Shown: in pieces, positions 31,108-45,735 of the stretch
Numbering within the stretch: position 1 is the first letter of the stretch
Layout: each line of letters begins with the position of its first letter
Origin: Eledone cirrhosa
Lineage: Eukaryota
Direction of reading: 5' to 3'
DNA length: 64,000 nucleotides
Assembly: GCA_964016885.1 (NCBI GenBank)
Contig: OZ024742.1
Location: forward strand, 124,806,001 to 124,870,000
Notes under the pieces: generated by a model
What the model saw: only the letters and a program-made list of their open reading frames with translations
What the model was told of the DNA's origin: nothing
The model's database searches: none
Position numbers and translations under genes: made by a program

Positions 31108-31134
31108 TTCTAATTCTTCTTCTTTGCTTAAGTA

Positions 31135-31700
31135 ATGGCAATCTCCTTGTTAAGCCTCCCAGTAAAGTCTATGCTAAGTCTATATCTAGCAAAGTGCTGT
31201 AAGGAGATTATCTAGTGAAAGCTATCTCTTGAAGAGTGCGGTTTTCGACCCGGACACAGAAGCGGTGTCATAATATTCATACTGCGGCAGGTCTTCGGGA
31301 TATTCTGGGAGTATTGCCATGATGTATATATTTGTTTTGTAGACATAGAAAATACACATGATTACGTTTCTCGCGGCCTTGGGAGAAAGTTCCTGCAGGA
31401 GTATGGGATCGATGATAAGCTTCTTGTTGCCCTGCTGTCTCACTACGAATGCCTAATTATTTGTTTTCGGATAAATGGTGCTAAATCGAGTGCATTCAAT
31501 ATAGGAATCGGACTGCGCCAAGAGTGCGTACTGTCACCTCTCCAGTTCGTTTTTTTTTATGAATAGGATTGACATGTACAGCCGAGCTGGAAGTGATATC
31601 TCAAGTTACAGATGTCAAATCAGTCGGCTGGAATTTGCAGACGACATGATCTTACGTAAGGAGCTCTCCGACTTGTTCTTGACAGGTTTGATGCCGAGTG
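31135..31700 (+). mobile_element. Old RTE-like LINE RT fragment
   Basis: ISLLSLP, CGFRPG, IFILRQ, ICFVDIE..D, GLRQECVLSPL, RLEFADDMIL. Confidence 0.8.
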
Positions 31701-32143
31701 GTTGATACGTATATATATATACAAACATGTATATATGAACATTCAATAGAGGCGTTAGCTGCAAGGTTTGGCTTTCGAATTAGAAGTACAGTCAAATAAA
31801 TGGGCTTTCAAACATTTTCCTCCCAAATTTCTTTTATACGTTTCTGATCAATCTGAGGTAAATAGCTAAATATCCAACCCCGAATTCAGTAGCATTGAAC
31901 ATGCAATCTTATGTTTGTATAACAAACATAAGATTGCATGTTCAGATCAGATCAGAGCAAACAACACGGACACTCTATCTCAAAATTATCTTTGAAAAGC
32001 ATTTAGAAATGCGCAACCGGTAAAAACTTAAAAACTTAAAACCACAACTGAATACTAACCCATACAATCACTAATACTCTTTTATTCCTAATTAAACCAT
32101 TTTTCAACTGGGAATAATTTGTCAGCATTTTCTATTCCGTTTA

Positions 32144-32211
<68 letters not shown>

Positions 32212-32220
32212 CTATCTATC

Positions 32221-32359
<139 letters not shown>

Positions 32360-32370
32360 ATATATATAAA

Positions 32371-32823
32371 AGAAAAAAAGAGAAGCAGTGTTGCGACGAA
32401 TGGAATTTATTGGACATATTACAATCGTTTCTCTGGCGACCAGCTCGAGGCACGATCGATGTGATGATCGAACCTGACTCTGAAAATCGCAAGGTCCTCA
32501 GATACGTCTTGATTCTACGAAGCAGATTTCCCTAATGTTCTAAGCCGACAGGCGAAGGATATCGATGTAAAAGGACATTAGGAAACTGCTCCATAGAATC
32601 AATACGCTTTTGTGGCCCTTGCGATTTTCAGAGTCAGGTTCGATCATCACCTCGATCGTGCCTCTAGCTTCTCGCCAGAGAAACGATTGTAATATGTCCA
32701 ATAAATTCCATTCGTCGCAACACTGATTCTCTTTTTTTCTGTGATATCATACTCTGCTCTGTGAGAGCATCGAGTGTCCAAACGGCCTACCGCATACGGA
32801 CGCTTTTAGCATCCAACACCAAT

Positions 32824-32826
<3 letters not shown>
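32371..32826. repeat. Fold-back HHR element A (arms 32371-32541 / 32572-32740)
   Basis: Inverted arms; minus-strand HHR 32415-32506 cgtat-CTGAGGA-long stem II-GAAA-cgattg-TA-atatg; same family at 39298-39584. Confidence 0.85.
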
Positions 32827-32863
<37 letters not shown>

Positions 32864-32960
32864 GATGGTATATTTAATTTGTTGGGATTCCAACAAGCTT
32901 AAAAGTTTATAACTGATATAAAGCACTCAAAAGAAAACTGGAGTGAATATTCAATATATT

Positions 32961-33237
32961 AATAAATGGAAACTATATTTATAAAACGATAATTATTTTA
33001 TTATATATATTTCAAGGGCAACCAAGGCATTCTTGGTGTGCTTTCATCAGATAAAATACAAGATTTGTTTTATAAATATTGACATAACCGTCAAGGTTGT
33101 TTTTCCACGGTTATGTCAATATTTATAAAACAAATCTTGTATTTTGTCTGATGAAAGCGCACCAAGAATGCCTCTGTTGCCCTTGAAATATATATAATAA
33201 CATAATTATGGTTTTATAAATATAGTTTTCATTTATT
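32961..33237. repeat. Fold-back HHR element B (arms 32961-33091 / 33107-33237), HHR in each arm
   Basis: Minus 32995-33057: attttat-CTGATGA-aagcacacc..gccctt-GAAA-tatata-TA-ataaaat; plus copy 33141-33203. Confidence 0.88.
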
Positions 33238-33258
33238 ATTATATTTTATATATATATA

Positions 33259-33453
33259 TAGTTATGTAATAAACAATATAAGGCAATTATTCCATTTACC
33301 AGTGGTTTCTTAAAAGCAACAATTTGCTTTCAATCCTCAGAATGAAAAAATCCTGGTCCCTTTTTTCTTTCTGAGGATTGAAAGCAATTTTTTGGCTTTT
33401 AAGAAACCACTGGTAAATGGAATAATTGCCTTATGTTTTTTATTACATAACTA
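33259..33453. repeat. Fold-back HHR element C (arms 33259-33350 / 33361-33453), HHR in each arm
   Basis: tttcatt-CTGAGGA-ttgaaagc..gcttttaa-GAAA-ccactgg-TA-aatggaa on minus (33290-33347) and, with a slightly altered stem I, plus (33364-33422). Confidence 0.88.
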
Positions 33454-33515
33454 AAAAGCTCTGTTACCTACATAGAGCACTCTTTTTTCCTGGACTTTTC
33501 CGACGGAATTACTTC

Positions 33516-34206
<691 letters not shown>

Positions 34207-34275
34207 ATTGTTTAAGCGTCAGTCATACAAAAGTGAGTTACAAACGAAACGAAATTTAATTTCGTTTCGTTATTT

Positions 34276-34317
<42 letters not shown>

Positions 34318-34429
34318 AATTCGTATTTCTAAAAGAATACGGTATGTTTATAAAGAAACATTTAGAAAGCCGTTGATATGCAGAAACACCAGCGGCTATC
34401 GCCACCTGGCGGTGTCCAGCTGTAGCAAA

Positions 34430-37400
34430 TATTACAATATACCAATACTATCTAAGAATACATGAGAAATTATTGATCGACAGTGAAAACTCCTTTATCA
34501 ATAGAGTGAGATGGAGGACATTCCATTAAGATAAAAACAAATCTAACAAGGTTAATAATACTAACAAATTCGACTCCTTCGGCTTTAAAACTTTTAGAAA
34601 TGCCCCTCACAACACACTACTAAACTCTTTTGAAAATGACCTAATAAAACTAGTTAAAAATATTAAATACAAAAAAGCACCGTAATAAAAACAACACCTT
34701 CTTAAACAAACTTAACACCTCTATTAATGAATTCAAAAGAAGTAATAAAATGATTGTACATGCGGACAAAACTAATAACATATACAGCCTAGATTATAAT
34801 ACATATAGAAAGTTTATATATAATGAACTATATAAAAGCTACAAGAAAACTACTATGAAAAACTTGGAAGAAATTAATATAGAAGGCTGTAATATAGTGT
34901 CCAAACTAGGATTTCAGAGACATACACAACCATATACCCCAACCCCTAGATCCTCTCTGAAGTACCATAAGGAGGACTTTATTAGCAACCCCTCGATTAG
35001 ACTAATCTGTTCTTCCAAGACTGACATTGGCATTATCAGTAAGAAAATTTTAGATAAAATCATCCCACAGATTAAACACAAGATATACCTTAAACAATGG
35101 GGAAATACGGGTGAAGTTATTGAATGGTTCAAAGATATCAAGGAAAACAAGGATAAAAAAAGTATTCAATTTGATATCAATTCATACTACACCTCTATTT
35201 CCCCTAACCTATTAAATATGGCACTAATCATGGCCATGAACAATAGTGACCTGACTAGACCCTAGATTGATGTCATACTTGCGGCCCGTAAAAGCGTAAT
35301 CACCTTTCAAGACCAATTATGGACCCGCAAGGATACGCAAAACAACTTCGACATAACCATGGGATCTAGTGACTCGGCGCAGGTCACCGATTTGGTCGGC
35401 CTATATTTACTAAACGAAATCCATAAGGACCTTCCATACCTCAACGGTGGTTTGTACCGCGATGATGCACTTCTACTTATAGACTATAAAACATTCAATA
35501 TAGAAAGAACTAGAAAACTATTGCACAAGACTTTCAAAAACTATAACCTAAGTATCACCATAGACAAAAACACTAAAAACGTTAACTTCCTAGACGCCAC
35601 CCTCTACCTAGACTCAAGGATATATACACCATTCCATAAACCTAACGAAAATCTCATTTACGTAGATACCAAGTCTAACCACCCTAGATCTATATTAAAC
35701 TCTATCTCTAATGGAGTATCCAATAGAATCTCTAATCTATCCTATGACGTAAACATATTTAGCAAAAACTCGCAATATTATAATCAGGCATTAGCTAGAT
35801 CAGGCCATAATAAGGAGATCGAGTTCCTACCTACAAAAACACATAGCTACAACATTATTTCGCACAATATGTCCATGAGGAAAAATAGTAATAAGAATAG
35901 CAACCACACACACACTAATACGAAGGATGCCAACAAACGTAACCCACACCACAGAAGTTACCATAATACCATAAACAGAAACAACTCACCAGACATAAAA
36001 AACAAAAATAGAAGAAGAAATAATACATTTTTCAACCCTCCTTTCAATCTAAACGTCTCTACCAACCTACCTAAGGCTTTCTTCTCACTACTAGATAAAC
36101 ATTTCCTATCTGGCTACAAGTACCATAGCCTTTTAAACAAAAACACAATTAAAATCTCTTACTCTACCACGCCTAACATAGCATACCACATAGCTAGTAG
36201 CAATAAAAGAAAAATTAATTCTTACTTCCAACAAACTAAATCACAACAGGGGGTAAACCTTCAAAATAACATTATATCAACTAACCCTGATAACAATAGT
36301 AATAATAGTAATAGCACTAATGTAAGCAATAACGCTGGGAACGACAACCCCCATACCCATAATCCAACAGCTACCATCCAGACTTCTACACAACATAATA
36401 ACCGGCAGGCTAACATCCAAAATAATTGTAACTGTAGATCTAATAGAACCTGCCCTTTAGATAAAAAAATGCTTAATCAAGGATATCATATACTCATGCA
36501 CCGTCACAACTAGCAACTCTTCTGAAACCTATATAGGCTCTACTTTAAACTGCTTCAAAATCAGATACAATTCGCACCTCCATTCTTTCAAAAAAACACA
36601 GTCTAGCCAACTCCATTTCGCTATCTAGCTACATACACTATCTAAAAACTAAAAATAGATATTATACACTTAAATTGGAAGTGATAGGTAAGGCGACATC
36701 GTACAAACCACCAAATAAATTTTGTAACCTCTGTCTACTAGAGACCCATACTATTATCAAACCATAACCTCCTTAATAAAAAATCAGAAGTGTTCGCGTC
36801 ATGCCAGCACCGTTTCCGACACTCCTTCCAAAACTTTAAGCCCAATATATAGCAATGTCAGACTTGAACCCATCACCACTTCTATCAACACACCTCAAGG
36901 GCTCACCTTACACCACAACTCCACCCGATCTTAACACAATTCGTGACTTCTATCTAAAACCTTTTACCCTAGAAATATACCCATGTACACCTACTTTTAG
37001 TATAATTACTTTCAATTACTTAGACTGCATTATATCACTATATAATTTGCATGTAAACTTTAAACACCGAATTCAGCAATGAATTATTTGTGCAAATGCT
37101 GTTGTATGTATGGAGTGCTATCATTAGATAAATAGAAGATTAATTTATTAACATAAAAGAGCTATATAACCTATATGTTGAGTACAATGAATTATGTACA
37201 AGTGGTATGTAATTTATACATACATGTATAACTTGATAGACAGATTAATGAGATGGTAAGTGAAAATTGCTCTTTGGTCTACCCTAGAGATATTTAACTT
37301 TGCCATCCAATCAGCCATACGCTGACCCAGAGCTTACCAGGGGTTATATATAGACGTGGTTCTAATAAGAACCTGTCAGGTTCTGTGACTAGACTACATT

Positions 37401-38432
37401 TACAAAGAACATTGATATGGAGATCTGACTCTTCGTACGGAATATTCAGTTGTAGCAATCTATGATAGGGAGTTATCATCCTAATATAGATACCTTTAGT
37501 ACTTCATGATAGAGTAGACTGTAATTTAAAGATAGGATACTTAAATTTGGAAACTGTATATAACCATATATATAAGGGACTCAATTGAGACACCTTTTAA
37601 TGTACATTGGAATAATAAATTTAGTTACAGAAATCAGCTAGTTACCCCCCCCCCCCCCCTCACGCATTAACTTCCCTTAATCACACACATACTTCCGGAA
37701 AATAAAACGATGTAAATTCTCGCAACAAAAACAACCTGTTCTATAAAATTGGATTAAAGAACACTGAGCCGCAACAAGCTGTAATAATTTAACTTAATAC
37801 ATCAAATGCCGAATACTGAATCATCGTTAATTATGTGAAGGACATATAAACTATATATTACGTTTCTTGAATTGTGAAAATGGTGGTGTATACAAAAACC
37901 ATAACATTATTTTGCTTCTCATTTATAATATTTCTCTGCACACAAGCTTCTTTATCATACACAAAAAATACTTTACCACTACAACCTCCATAATACTTTT
38001 GATTACCCGCTTAAAGTGCTTGTATTGCATATAACACCTTGCCGCACAATAATCACATATAAATAAGACACACGTGCATGCCCCACGTGTAACTATTGCA
38101 TGCAATAACTACTACAACTGACTAACAAACTATCCCCTTGCATTATCTTCGTAAACTGCCGATGTTGTATTTTAATTTAAATTTTGCTTTGATTCTGTTT
38201 TAATATGATTTTAATTTTTGAATTTAAATTGCCATACAAAAATAATATAATGGATGTCACCCCACTGTGCATCAATATATACATATGTATCTCTATGTCT
38301 CTTGTGTTGGAAAGGGGGTCATGTATGTAAACAAACATTGAAAAATGACTCCGAAGAAACCAAACCTCGGTTTGGATGAAACAATTGTAAGTTAATAAAT
38401 GGTTTGAACAGAACTTTGATTCATCTGAATTC
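34430..38432 (+). mobile_element. Near full-length Penelope-like element (RT-GIY-YIG) with stops/frameshifts and long 3' region
   Basis: RVRW, HADKTNNIY, IQFDINSYY, MGSSDSAQVTDLVG, GGLYRDD, VNFLDATL, FFNPPF, CNCRSNRTCPLD, ETYIGST..FK.RYNSH, CNLC, CQHR; 3' HHR. Confidence 0.93.
38346..38394 (+). ncRNA. Hammerhead ribozyme with CCGAAGA core at PLE 3' end
   Basis: tgact-CCGAAGA-aaccaaacc tc ggtttggat-GAAA-caattg-TA-agtta; palindromic ACAATTGT. Confidence 0.72.
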
Positions 38433-38593
38433 TATATAACTGCTCTGTAGAACAACTGATGTTATTACATTGAGCTATTTATCTTACTGGTAATAAGGTA
38501 GTAATATATTACTGTCTTTCACTGTTTATGGTTTAAAATATATATAACAATAAAAAGTTTTAGTATATATATAACCATACATAGTATCCTTAA

Positions 38594-38679
<86 letters not shown>

Positions 38680-39297
38680 TTAGGGTAAACATTGATGCAA
38701 TTCAATTCAAGCACTCAACGTACTTATTCCACATAGGAGTGACGGAGTAAATATCGAATAAGGAAAAGCGAAGTAGTTTCAGATGTTCAAGTCTTTTAAT
38801 AATAATGCTGTGATATATATTTCAATGGCGACTGTGGTCACACTGTTTCGTGCGCCAGTGTCGCGACATCGTCAGACAGCTTGTTACATAAGGTTATGTT
38901 ACCGAGGCAATCCAAATTGAATCGACATGGGAACGGACGAAGTGTGTGCTCTTGGGTGCTTTGTCCATTCCCCTGTGAGTACCAACTTACCCCCAACGGT
39001 CTGCGTGGGCGCAGGTCCGTAGGAAGTTGACCATTAGCTACCGCAGATTTCAACAAAATTCGCTTAGTCAGTTCCCCCTCTCAGCCAAACAATGACCCAT
39101 TAGAGGCCTGTAATATAGCTTACTGCTACCCATCCCGTCTTTGGCTGTCATGCGAAAGCCAGTGGGGATGGGAGAGTGCGAGTATCCACAGGTCTGAATA
39201 CTACCTCTCATTAAGCATGGACAGTATAATTGACCATCAACCTCTAAGAGAAAATATACTTATTTCTATGTATCATGGTTTCATATATATATATATA

Positions 39298-39580
39298 TAA
39301 TTGGTGTTGGGTGCTTAAAGCGTCTGTATGCCATAGACACTATGAGCACTCGATGCCCTCGTAGAGCAGAGTATGATATCACAGAAAAAAGTGAATCAGT
39401 GTTGCGACGAAAGGAATTTATTGGACATATTCTAATTGTTTCTCGGGTGACCAGCTCGAGGCACGATCGATGTGGTGATCAAACCTGACTCTGAAATCGC
39501 GCGGCCCTCGAGCTGGTCGCCCGAGAATCAATTGTAATATGTCCAATAAATTCCTTTCGTCGCAACACTGATTCTCTTTT

Positions 39581-39584
<4 letters not shown>
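39298..39584. repeat. Second fold-back copy of element A family (arms 39382-39461 / 39506-39584)
   Basis: Matches 32371-32826 in reverse orientation; different fold point; flanked by TA tracts. Confidence 0.88.
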
Positions 39585-39614
<30 letters not shown>

Positions 39615-39924
39615 CAACACCACCAGCTCTCTTCCATTCCCCTTCTCTGTCCCCTCTCTCTCTCTCTATGTCTCTCTTTCAATCTTCTCTCTCACAACCA
39701 CTATATCTTTCTAACCCTATCTCTGTTCATGAATGTACCCTGAAATCCCCATATCTCAGGACCCGTGCATCGATTTAAGCGAAACTTGATTTATTCCATT
39801 TGTATTCCCATATAAGGGTTAACTTCCTTTCAAAGTATTTTCCCATTATGCGCCCTTTTGATTGTATTACATTACAGACAAGCAAGGAAGCAAGCAATCA
39901 CAGGCTTTTAGTATTATATATATA

Positions 39925-39961
<37 letters not shown>

Positions 39962-40216
39962 ATGTGGGTGTGGGTGTGTGTGCGTGTGTGTGTGTGTGTT
40001 TGCAGTGGTAAAAGAATAATGAGGTTTAGTGTATCAAGTGAGCAGTGGATATTCATATCTGAAAATGTTATACGAATACATGGCATATACACACATACAT
40101 GGACATAAGCACACAGGTACGCACATACGCCCAGACACACAAACACACACTCACACACACACCCACACACACACACACACACACACATACACACATTCAC
40201 ACGCACATACACACAG

Positions 40217-40264
<48 letters not shown>

Positions 40265-41036
40265 TCTAATTTCCAATTATTTCAACATTTCTTACAGCAT
40301 CTAGAAATAATTTCTTTTTAATGATCAGTCGCTTCTACGTAATAGATGAAGGGGATTTCATCAAATCCTATTAGTAGATGATATGATGAATAGTTTCTGA
40401 TGTAGAGATCATGGGGAAATAATAGCTTTTCCCTTTTGCTCACGTCAGAAAAAAAATGAAATCCTTACACATATATCATATTAATAAAGACAGTTAGTTT
40501 AGATGTTGCGGTTACAACGATCCAAACAAGTAAAGCTTCGTAGATGAAAAATCTATATGTAAACAAACATACGTTATCATAGTGAAGAAATCGTTAACAT
40601 ATTTGACTCAAACTGACGGCCCATGTAAAGCAAATATTCAATATATTTACATCGCTATTTTGAATTATGCTTCATGACGAGGTTAATCTTTCAATCTAAT
40701 TATGTTTTATCGCATTACAGGAGTGGGAATGTGTTAGGATTTTGACTCCAGGAAAATATGTCAAATATATTGATACCAGTAATTGGTCCGGTGATTCTTT
40801 TATTGATCCCACCAAGAGCCGGAATTTCACAAGGATAGACGCAAATATATATAAAATTTGAGGCCTTTCTCTACATAAATATTCTGATAAAGTATAATAT
40901 ATATATTATATGGATGTTCATAGCTATCATAGCTATTCGTATACATTAATTTATCCTTTAAATTGAGTTCTGTGAACAGTACTGTCTATAGTTCATATAA
41001 TTTTCACCTTCATGGTTTTGTATCCCATATCATTTG

Positions 41037-41099
<63 letters not shown>

Positions 41100-41289
41100 A
41101 CACATATATATATACGCACTTACACACACACACACAAACACATATATATATACACACTCACACACACACACAAACACATATATATATATATTCTTCTCTC
41201 TTCACTGTTTTCTAAAGACCTCGGAATTATTTCCTTCAGCTTATTTGATTATAAGGGAATATTGTGGGTTTTAACTCAACATGTTAATT

Positions 41290-41354
<65 letters not shown>

Positions 41355-41694
41355 TTAAATATATATGTTCTTCTGGTTTTATAATTTCACAAAGTTTTAC
41401 CAATAGAGAGAGAGTCGTTTTCTAACATAGACACAAGACTCTCTCATTGGAATTTACACAACATCAACTGGGTAGATATATACGTATGCATGCATGTGTA
41501 GATATGGATGTTATTGTATGTGTGGATGTGTATGTTTTGAGTTGTATGTGTGCATGTGTATATGCTTTGCACCTGTACATGTGTATATGCAGTTATTAGA
41601 TGCATAATTTTTGGAATGTTTTACATATCTTTACTGTGTGATTGTACTTGTAATTTCCTAACTAGTTGTGTTCTTTCTGTTCCCGTGAATCCTA

Positions 41695-42590
41695 GCTTCT
41701 CAAGAATGTGTATTGAGGCAGTTACTAACATATCCCAGTGCCCCAACAATGACAGGCATAAATCTGAAGGTGTAATCAGGGTGGAGCATCTGCAGATTTC
41801 TCATCAGTTCTGCATAAATATTCTCCTTTTCACTAATCTTTGATATTTTATTGGCATCTGCTGCGCCGCTAATTTCTACTGCTGTGCATGCTTTCTTCTC
41901 CCTGTCCCATATCATAATATCTGGTCTGTTATGCCTGCATTTTATTGGGGTTTTTACTGGAACATTCCACTCTTTCATATTATGTACATGGATGTCTTCC
42001 ACATTGTTGTAGCTTTTAATGTGTTTATTATCGGGCCTATATTTTTTACGAACTGCATTGTAGAGTGTTTTGGCCACTACATCATGCCTCATAGGTATGA
42101 CATCTTTGGACACCTGCTGATGACATGGGTGATATCCTCGGTGTTAGTTCTGCAGAGTCTGCACTTGTTATCACCTCTAGGTGTTTTTCCTGCATCCCTA
42201 TCTATCTTGTGAATCAGGTATTTCGTGTTAATCTCCTGTTCTTGGATTGCAAAGGCGTATCCTTGAAAGTGGGAGCCAATATCGCGATTGTAGGTCCAAG
42301 ATAGACTAGTTTCCTTATCTATATTACTCTCACTCTGGAGCTTCCTGGCAACATATCCATGCATGATTTTTTGCTGATAAGCATGCAGTTTTTCATCCAT
42401 GGATTCAATGCGATACTGCTGAACCACTGCTCTGGGTGTGAGTTTTTGATTATCACACAGGGAATATCTCTCGAAGAGTTCCTTCCCAACTCTCATGATC
42501 TTATCTGTTTCATGCAGATAGACTTGCTCGAGAAAATAATCCTACGCTTCGAGGTTTGTAGATGTTGTCGGAGAGATATGATGCGACATT
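41695..42590 (-). mobile_element. R4/Dong-like non-LTR retrotransposon fragment (CCHC + restriction-like endonuclease)
   Basis: AIQEQEI.T, CRLCRTNTEDITHVISRC, RHDVVAK, NRPDIMIWD..VEIS, K..Y, PVIVGALG. Confidence 0.88.
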
Positions 42591-42818
42591 CAATATGTAT
42601 GTATATATATATATATGTATGTATGTATATATATATAGATATGTATGTATATGTAACTTTTGATTATTTGCAAACGTAAGTTATACATGAATTTGCTTAT
42701 ACGTAAGTCCACCATAGATCACAGAAGATTGTCAGAACCGAAGAAATGTAGGAAAGGTGACGAAAGTGACGAAACAAAATAGCGATACATAAAATGGTAG
42801 AAAGCGGTGTATGTTATT

Positions 42819-42938
42819 TGAAAAAATATAAAATATTATACGTATTAAAGAAATTTAAGACAAGCGCACCTGTATATATATACACAGGTGCGCTTGCCTT
42901 AAATTTCTTTAATACTTTTAATATTTTATATTTTTTCA
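42819..42938. repeat. ~120-bp palindrome centred on a TA run
   Basis: ..AAGAAATTTAAGACAAGCGCACCTGT-atatatatac-ACAGGTGCGCTTGCCTTAAATTTCTT.. Confidence 0.9.
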
Positions 42939-43069
42939 TATAAAATATATATATATATATATATATTATATTTACATATATGTATACAAACATAAGTGAA
43001 CCATGTTAATCCCATAACAAAGTATATCGGACACAACGTTTGGCGCCCCTGTTATCTTAGCTACATTTA

Positions 43070-43815
43070 ACGAAATTACACACAATTCAACGCTAGACCC
43101 CGACAGGTACCCTGCTGTGCCCTTGGGGTGTGTCGGCAATAATTCGCATATCCTCTTGCTAATCCGTGGAGGAACTCACTGGACGCTGCCTGTATTCCTG
43201 AAAACTTTCTGTCCCAGTCTGTTATCCCAGGTTTCAAAAAGTGAAACAAGTCTGTTGCAGCGATCTACCGTCCGATCTCACTCACCTTTCATATGATCAA
43301 GTTATTTGAGAGGGTGGTGAGATCACAAATAACTCACTTTCTTGAAAGCAACAGACTGCTGAACTCCAACCAACATGGGTTCCATAATGGTAGGGACTGC
43401 CTAATGCAGCTCCTTCATCATTTTGATTACGTTTTAAGAGATTTGGGAGAGAATCTAACAGTGATGAAAATATTCCATTAGCATTGCGCTAATGATGTTG
43501 GCATCACCATTTAGATACACCCAAGGCTTGGGCCCCGAGCTATCTGCTCATAACACGGCACAGTTATTTCACTTCAATTGGATTCACTCTCTTTAACATT
43601 ACACTAAAAGACATTAAAACAGAAACAGACCCCAAAAGGTTAAAAAAATCTCGGATAAACATTCTACACGTGGATATGTCTCTCTAAACAGGAACTCACT
43701 ATGTGAGTGGACCATTGTGTCCGAATCCTGATTTGAAAGTCTTCACCAGGTGGTGCTATTAAGTTAGACATGGCCTAGGCCAATACTGGCCGAAACCTAC
43801 CAAAGTTATCAAAGT
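43070..43815 (+). mobile_element. Internally deleted CR1/Jockey-group LINE with 3' tail
   Basis: YRPISLT..IKLFERVV..LLNSNQHGF..RDCL.QLL; jumps to a 3' region ending in a GGCC-AATACT-GGCC hairpin and an (AAAGTTATC)2 tail. Confidence 0.75.
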
Positions 43816-44357
43816 TATATATATCTACATATCTATACACAAGTATAGACATACATATGAGGACGTTCAACCAATAACAGTTTTGCTCAATGATTTTTGT
43901 TAATTCCTTCATCGAGAAAAACTGGTATTCGTTGCACGTATTCATATGTATGTTTATAATCGTGTGTGCATAAATTGTAGAAATATTTAATCATTTCATT
44001 ATCCATTAAGCTTGGAGCTTGTCGAGAGACTCTCTCAATTTAGAACCGAAATTTCCGAAGTGATCGCCGTCAGTAACGAATTCAAAAGGTGTGAAAGTCC
44101 ACACGTGGCTAGAAGTCAAGATGGAATTATTGTGATGGGTAGACCGGTGGCACGTAAGTTCATTGCTAGAAGAAGCAGTTAGTTACCGTCTAATGTTTAC
44201 ATAACCGTAAGGGAGAGTAAAACAAAGTCATAAAGAATATCTATATATATATACTGTATATATAATATATATATTTAATTCATTCATTAATCGAGCCTCA
44301 TCGTTGAAGGTAGCTTACACTCATATATGTAATTATGATTATATTTATATATACACA

Positions 44358-44404
<47 letters not shown>

Positions 44405-44405
<1 letters not shown>

Positions 44406-44750
44406 TCTTGCAAATAAAATTTGGCAATTAAAAAATGTAGGCACTAAATATGAGATCAGCTGGAAAATTCTATCATCTGCTAAAGCCTATCAGACTGGTA
44501 TGACCCATTGTAGGCTTTGTAATATGGAGCTCTTCCAAATTCTTAATTTTAGTAAAACCCTTCTTAACAGTAGAATTGAGCGAACTATTTTTTGCCGGCA
44601 TAAATCAGCATCTAAGTTCCTGAACTTTAAACCAACTTAACTCCATTTTCTTCTCCTTATTCCTTTTTACACTTCTCGAACTTAATACGATTTCAAGTTA
44701 CGATAAACTTCACAATTATGTAGGAATAACCTAAAAACATTTGTATTAAC
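44405..44750 (+). mobile_element. PLE 3' fragment (endonuclease C-terminus)
   Basis: TLANKIWQLK..ISWKILSSAKAYQTGMTHCRLCNME..LLNSRIE..FCRHK, homologous to 18472-18738; starts at (TA)n. Confidence 0.85.
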
Positions 44751-44811
44751 ATGATTATCTTTTTTATTATTATTATTTTTATTTTTTACTTACATTTACA
44801 TAATTTATTAT

Positions 44812-44858
<47 letters not shown>

Positions 44859-44869
44859 TTTGGATAGCG

Positions 44870-45110
44870 TAGACGCCGGACCATACCTGCAAATATATAC
44901 AGACCTGTCTTGAATGTGCATGGCTGACGCAATATGGATAACACGACCAACATCTAAGCTGGAACCGACCCCTACAACAAACAAAGAGGGGACAGCCCTT
45001 CGCATTTGACCAGTCGCGTGTGTGCTTGGAGTTCGTAGTATACCACCCCAGTCAAATCCACACTGGTTTCTTTACCAATATAGCATGTAAACCAATACAT
45101 CCTATGCAGC
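44870..45110 (+). mobile_element. Possible LINE C-terminal (thumb) remnant
   Basis: Frameshifted YLQ.YRPVL..IW..SKLE..ALRI..VLGVR.TTP resembles the LINE 'IRPVLEY..W..KLE..ALR' region. Confidence 0.4.
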
Positions 45111-45358
45111 GAGACCTTGGATTTGGAACCGGCAGAGTGCAATCCCCGAAACTAAAAGATCGAACGGACCACACCCAGCAACCACTAGCTATTTGATCCA
45201 CAGGTACATTTCCCAGAGAGTCCACGCAGCTGATAGTGAATCCCAGTTGATTCGTGAACTCTGAACTTTTAAACAAGACCAAATGTGCCTGGAGCTATGC
45301 AGATGACTACATACACATAATGGATATCGCGCCCACAAGGTCACCTGTATTATTTATC

Positions 45359-45735
45359 CTGCTGTATGTGTGTAAAGTACCCGTGCGTGGGATATCCCTG
45401 AGTACATTTTCTTGACTATCAATGGTTAATTGATTGTTTGTTAATTACGCAGGGGTATACCATTATGTCTTTGTTAAACATATGTGATGCTGTATGGGTG
45501 TAAAGTATCCGAGAGCGGAGCGGGATATCCCTGAGCTAATTTTGCTTAACTGTTAATTGTTTATTGATTTTTTGTTAATTAGGCAGGAATATATTATTAT
45601 GTCTTTGTTAATCCTGTATCAATAATTTTATAGTAATTTTTTTTAATCCTGTATCAATAGTTTTATGATAATTTTGTAATAATTTTATAATAATTTTATA
45701 ATAATTTTGTGATAATTTTATAATAATTTTTTGAT
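45359..45735 (+). repeat. Two ~125-bp tandem units followed by an 11-bp ATAATTTTATA-like array
   Basis: TGCTGTATG.GTGTAAAGTA..GGATATCCCTGAG..ATTATGTCTTTGTTAA at 45359 and 45488. Confidence 0.8.

Noticed and set aside
38835-38882. Minus-strand CTGACGA..GAAAC motif
   Set aside because: Cleavage position would be G, stem I is poor, and the motif is not conserved in the homologous copy near 4320.
43771-43800. GGCC-AATACT-GGCC-GAAAC resembling HHR stem II
   Set aside because: No CUGANGA; better explained as the LINE 3' stem-loop.
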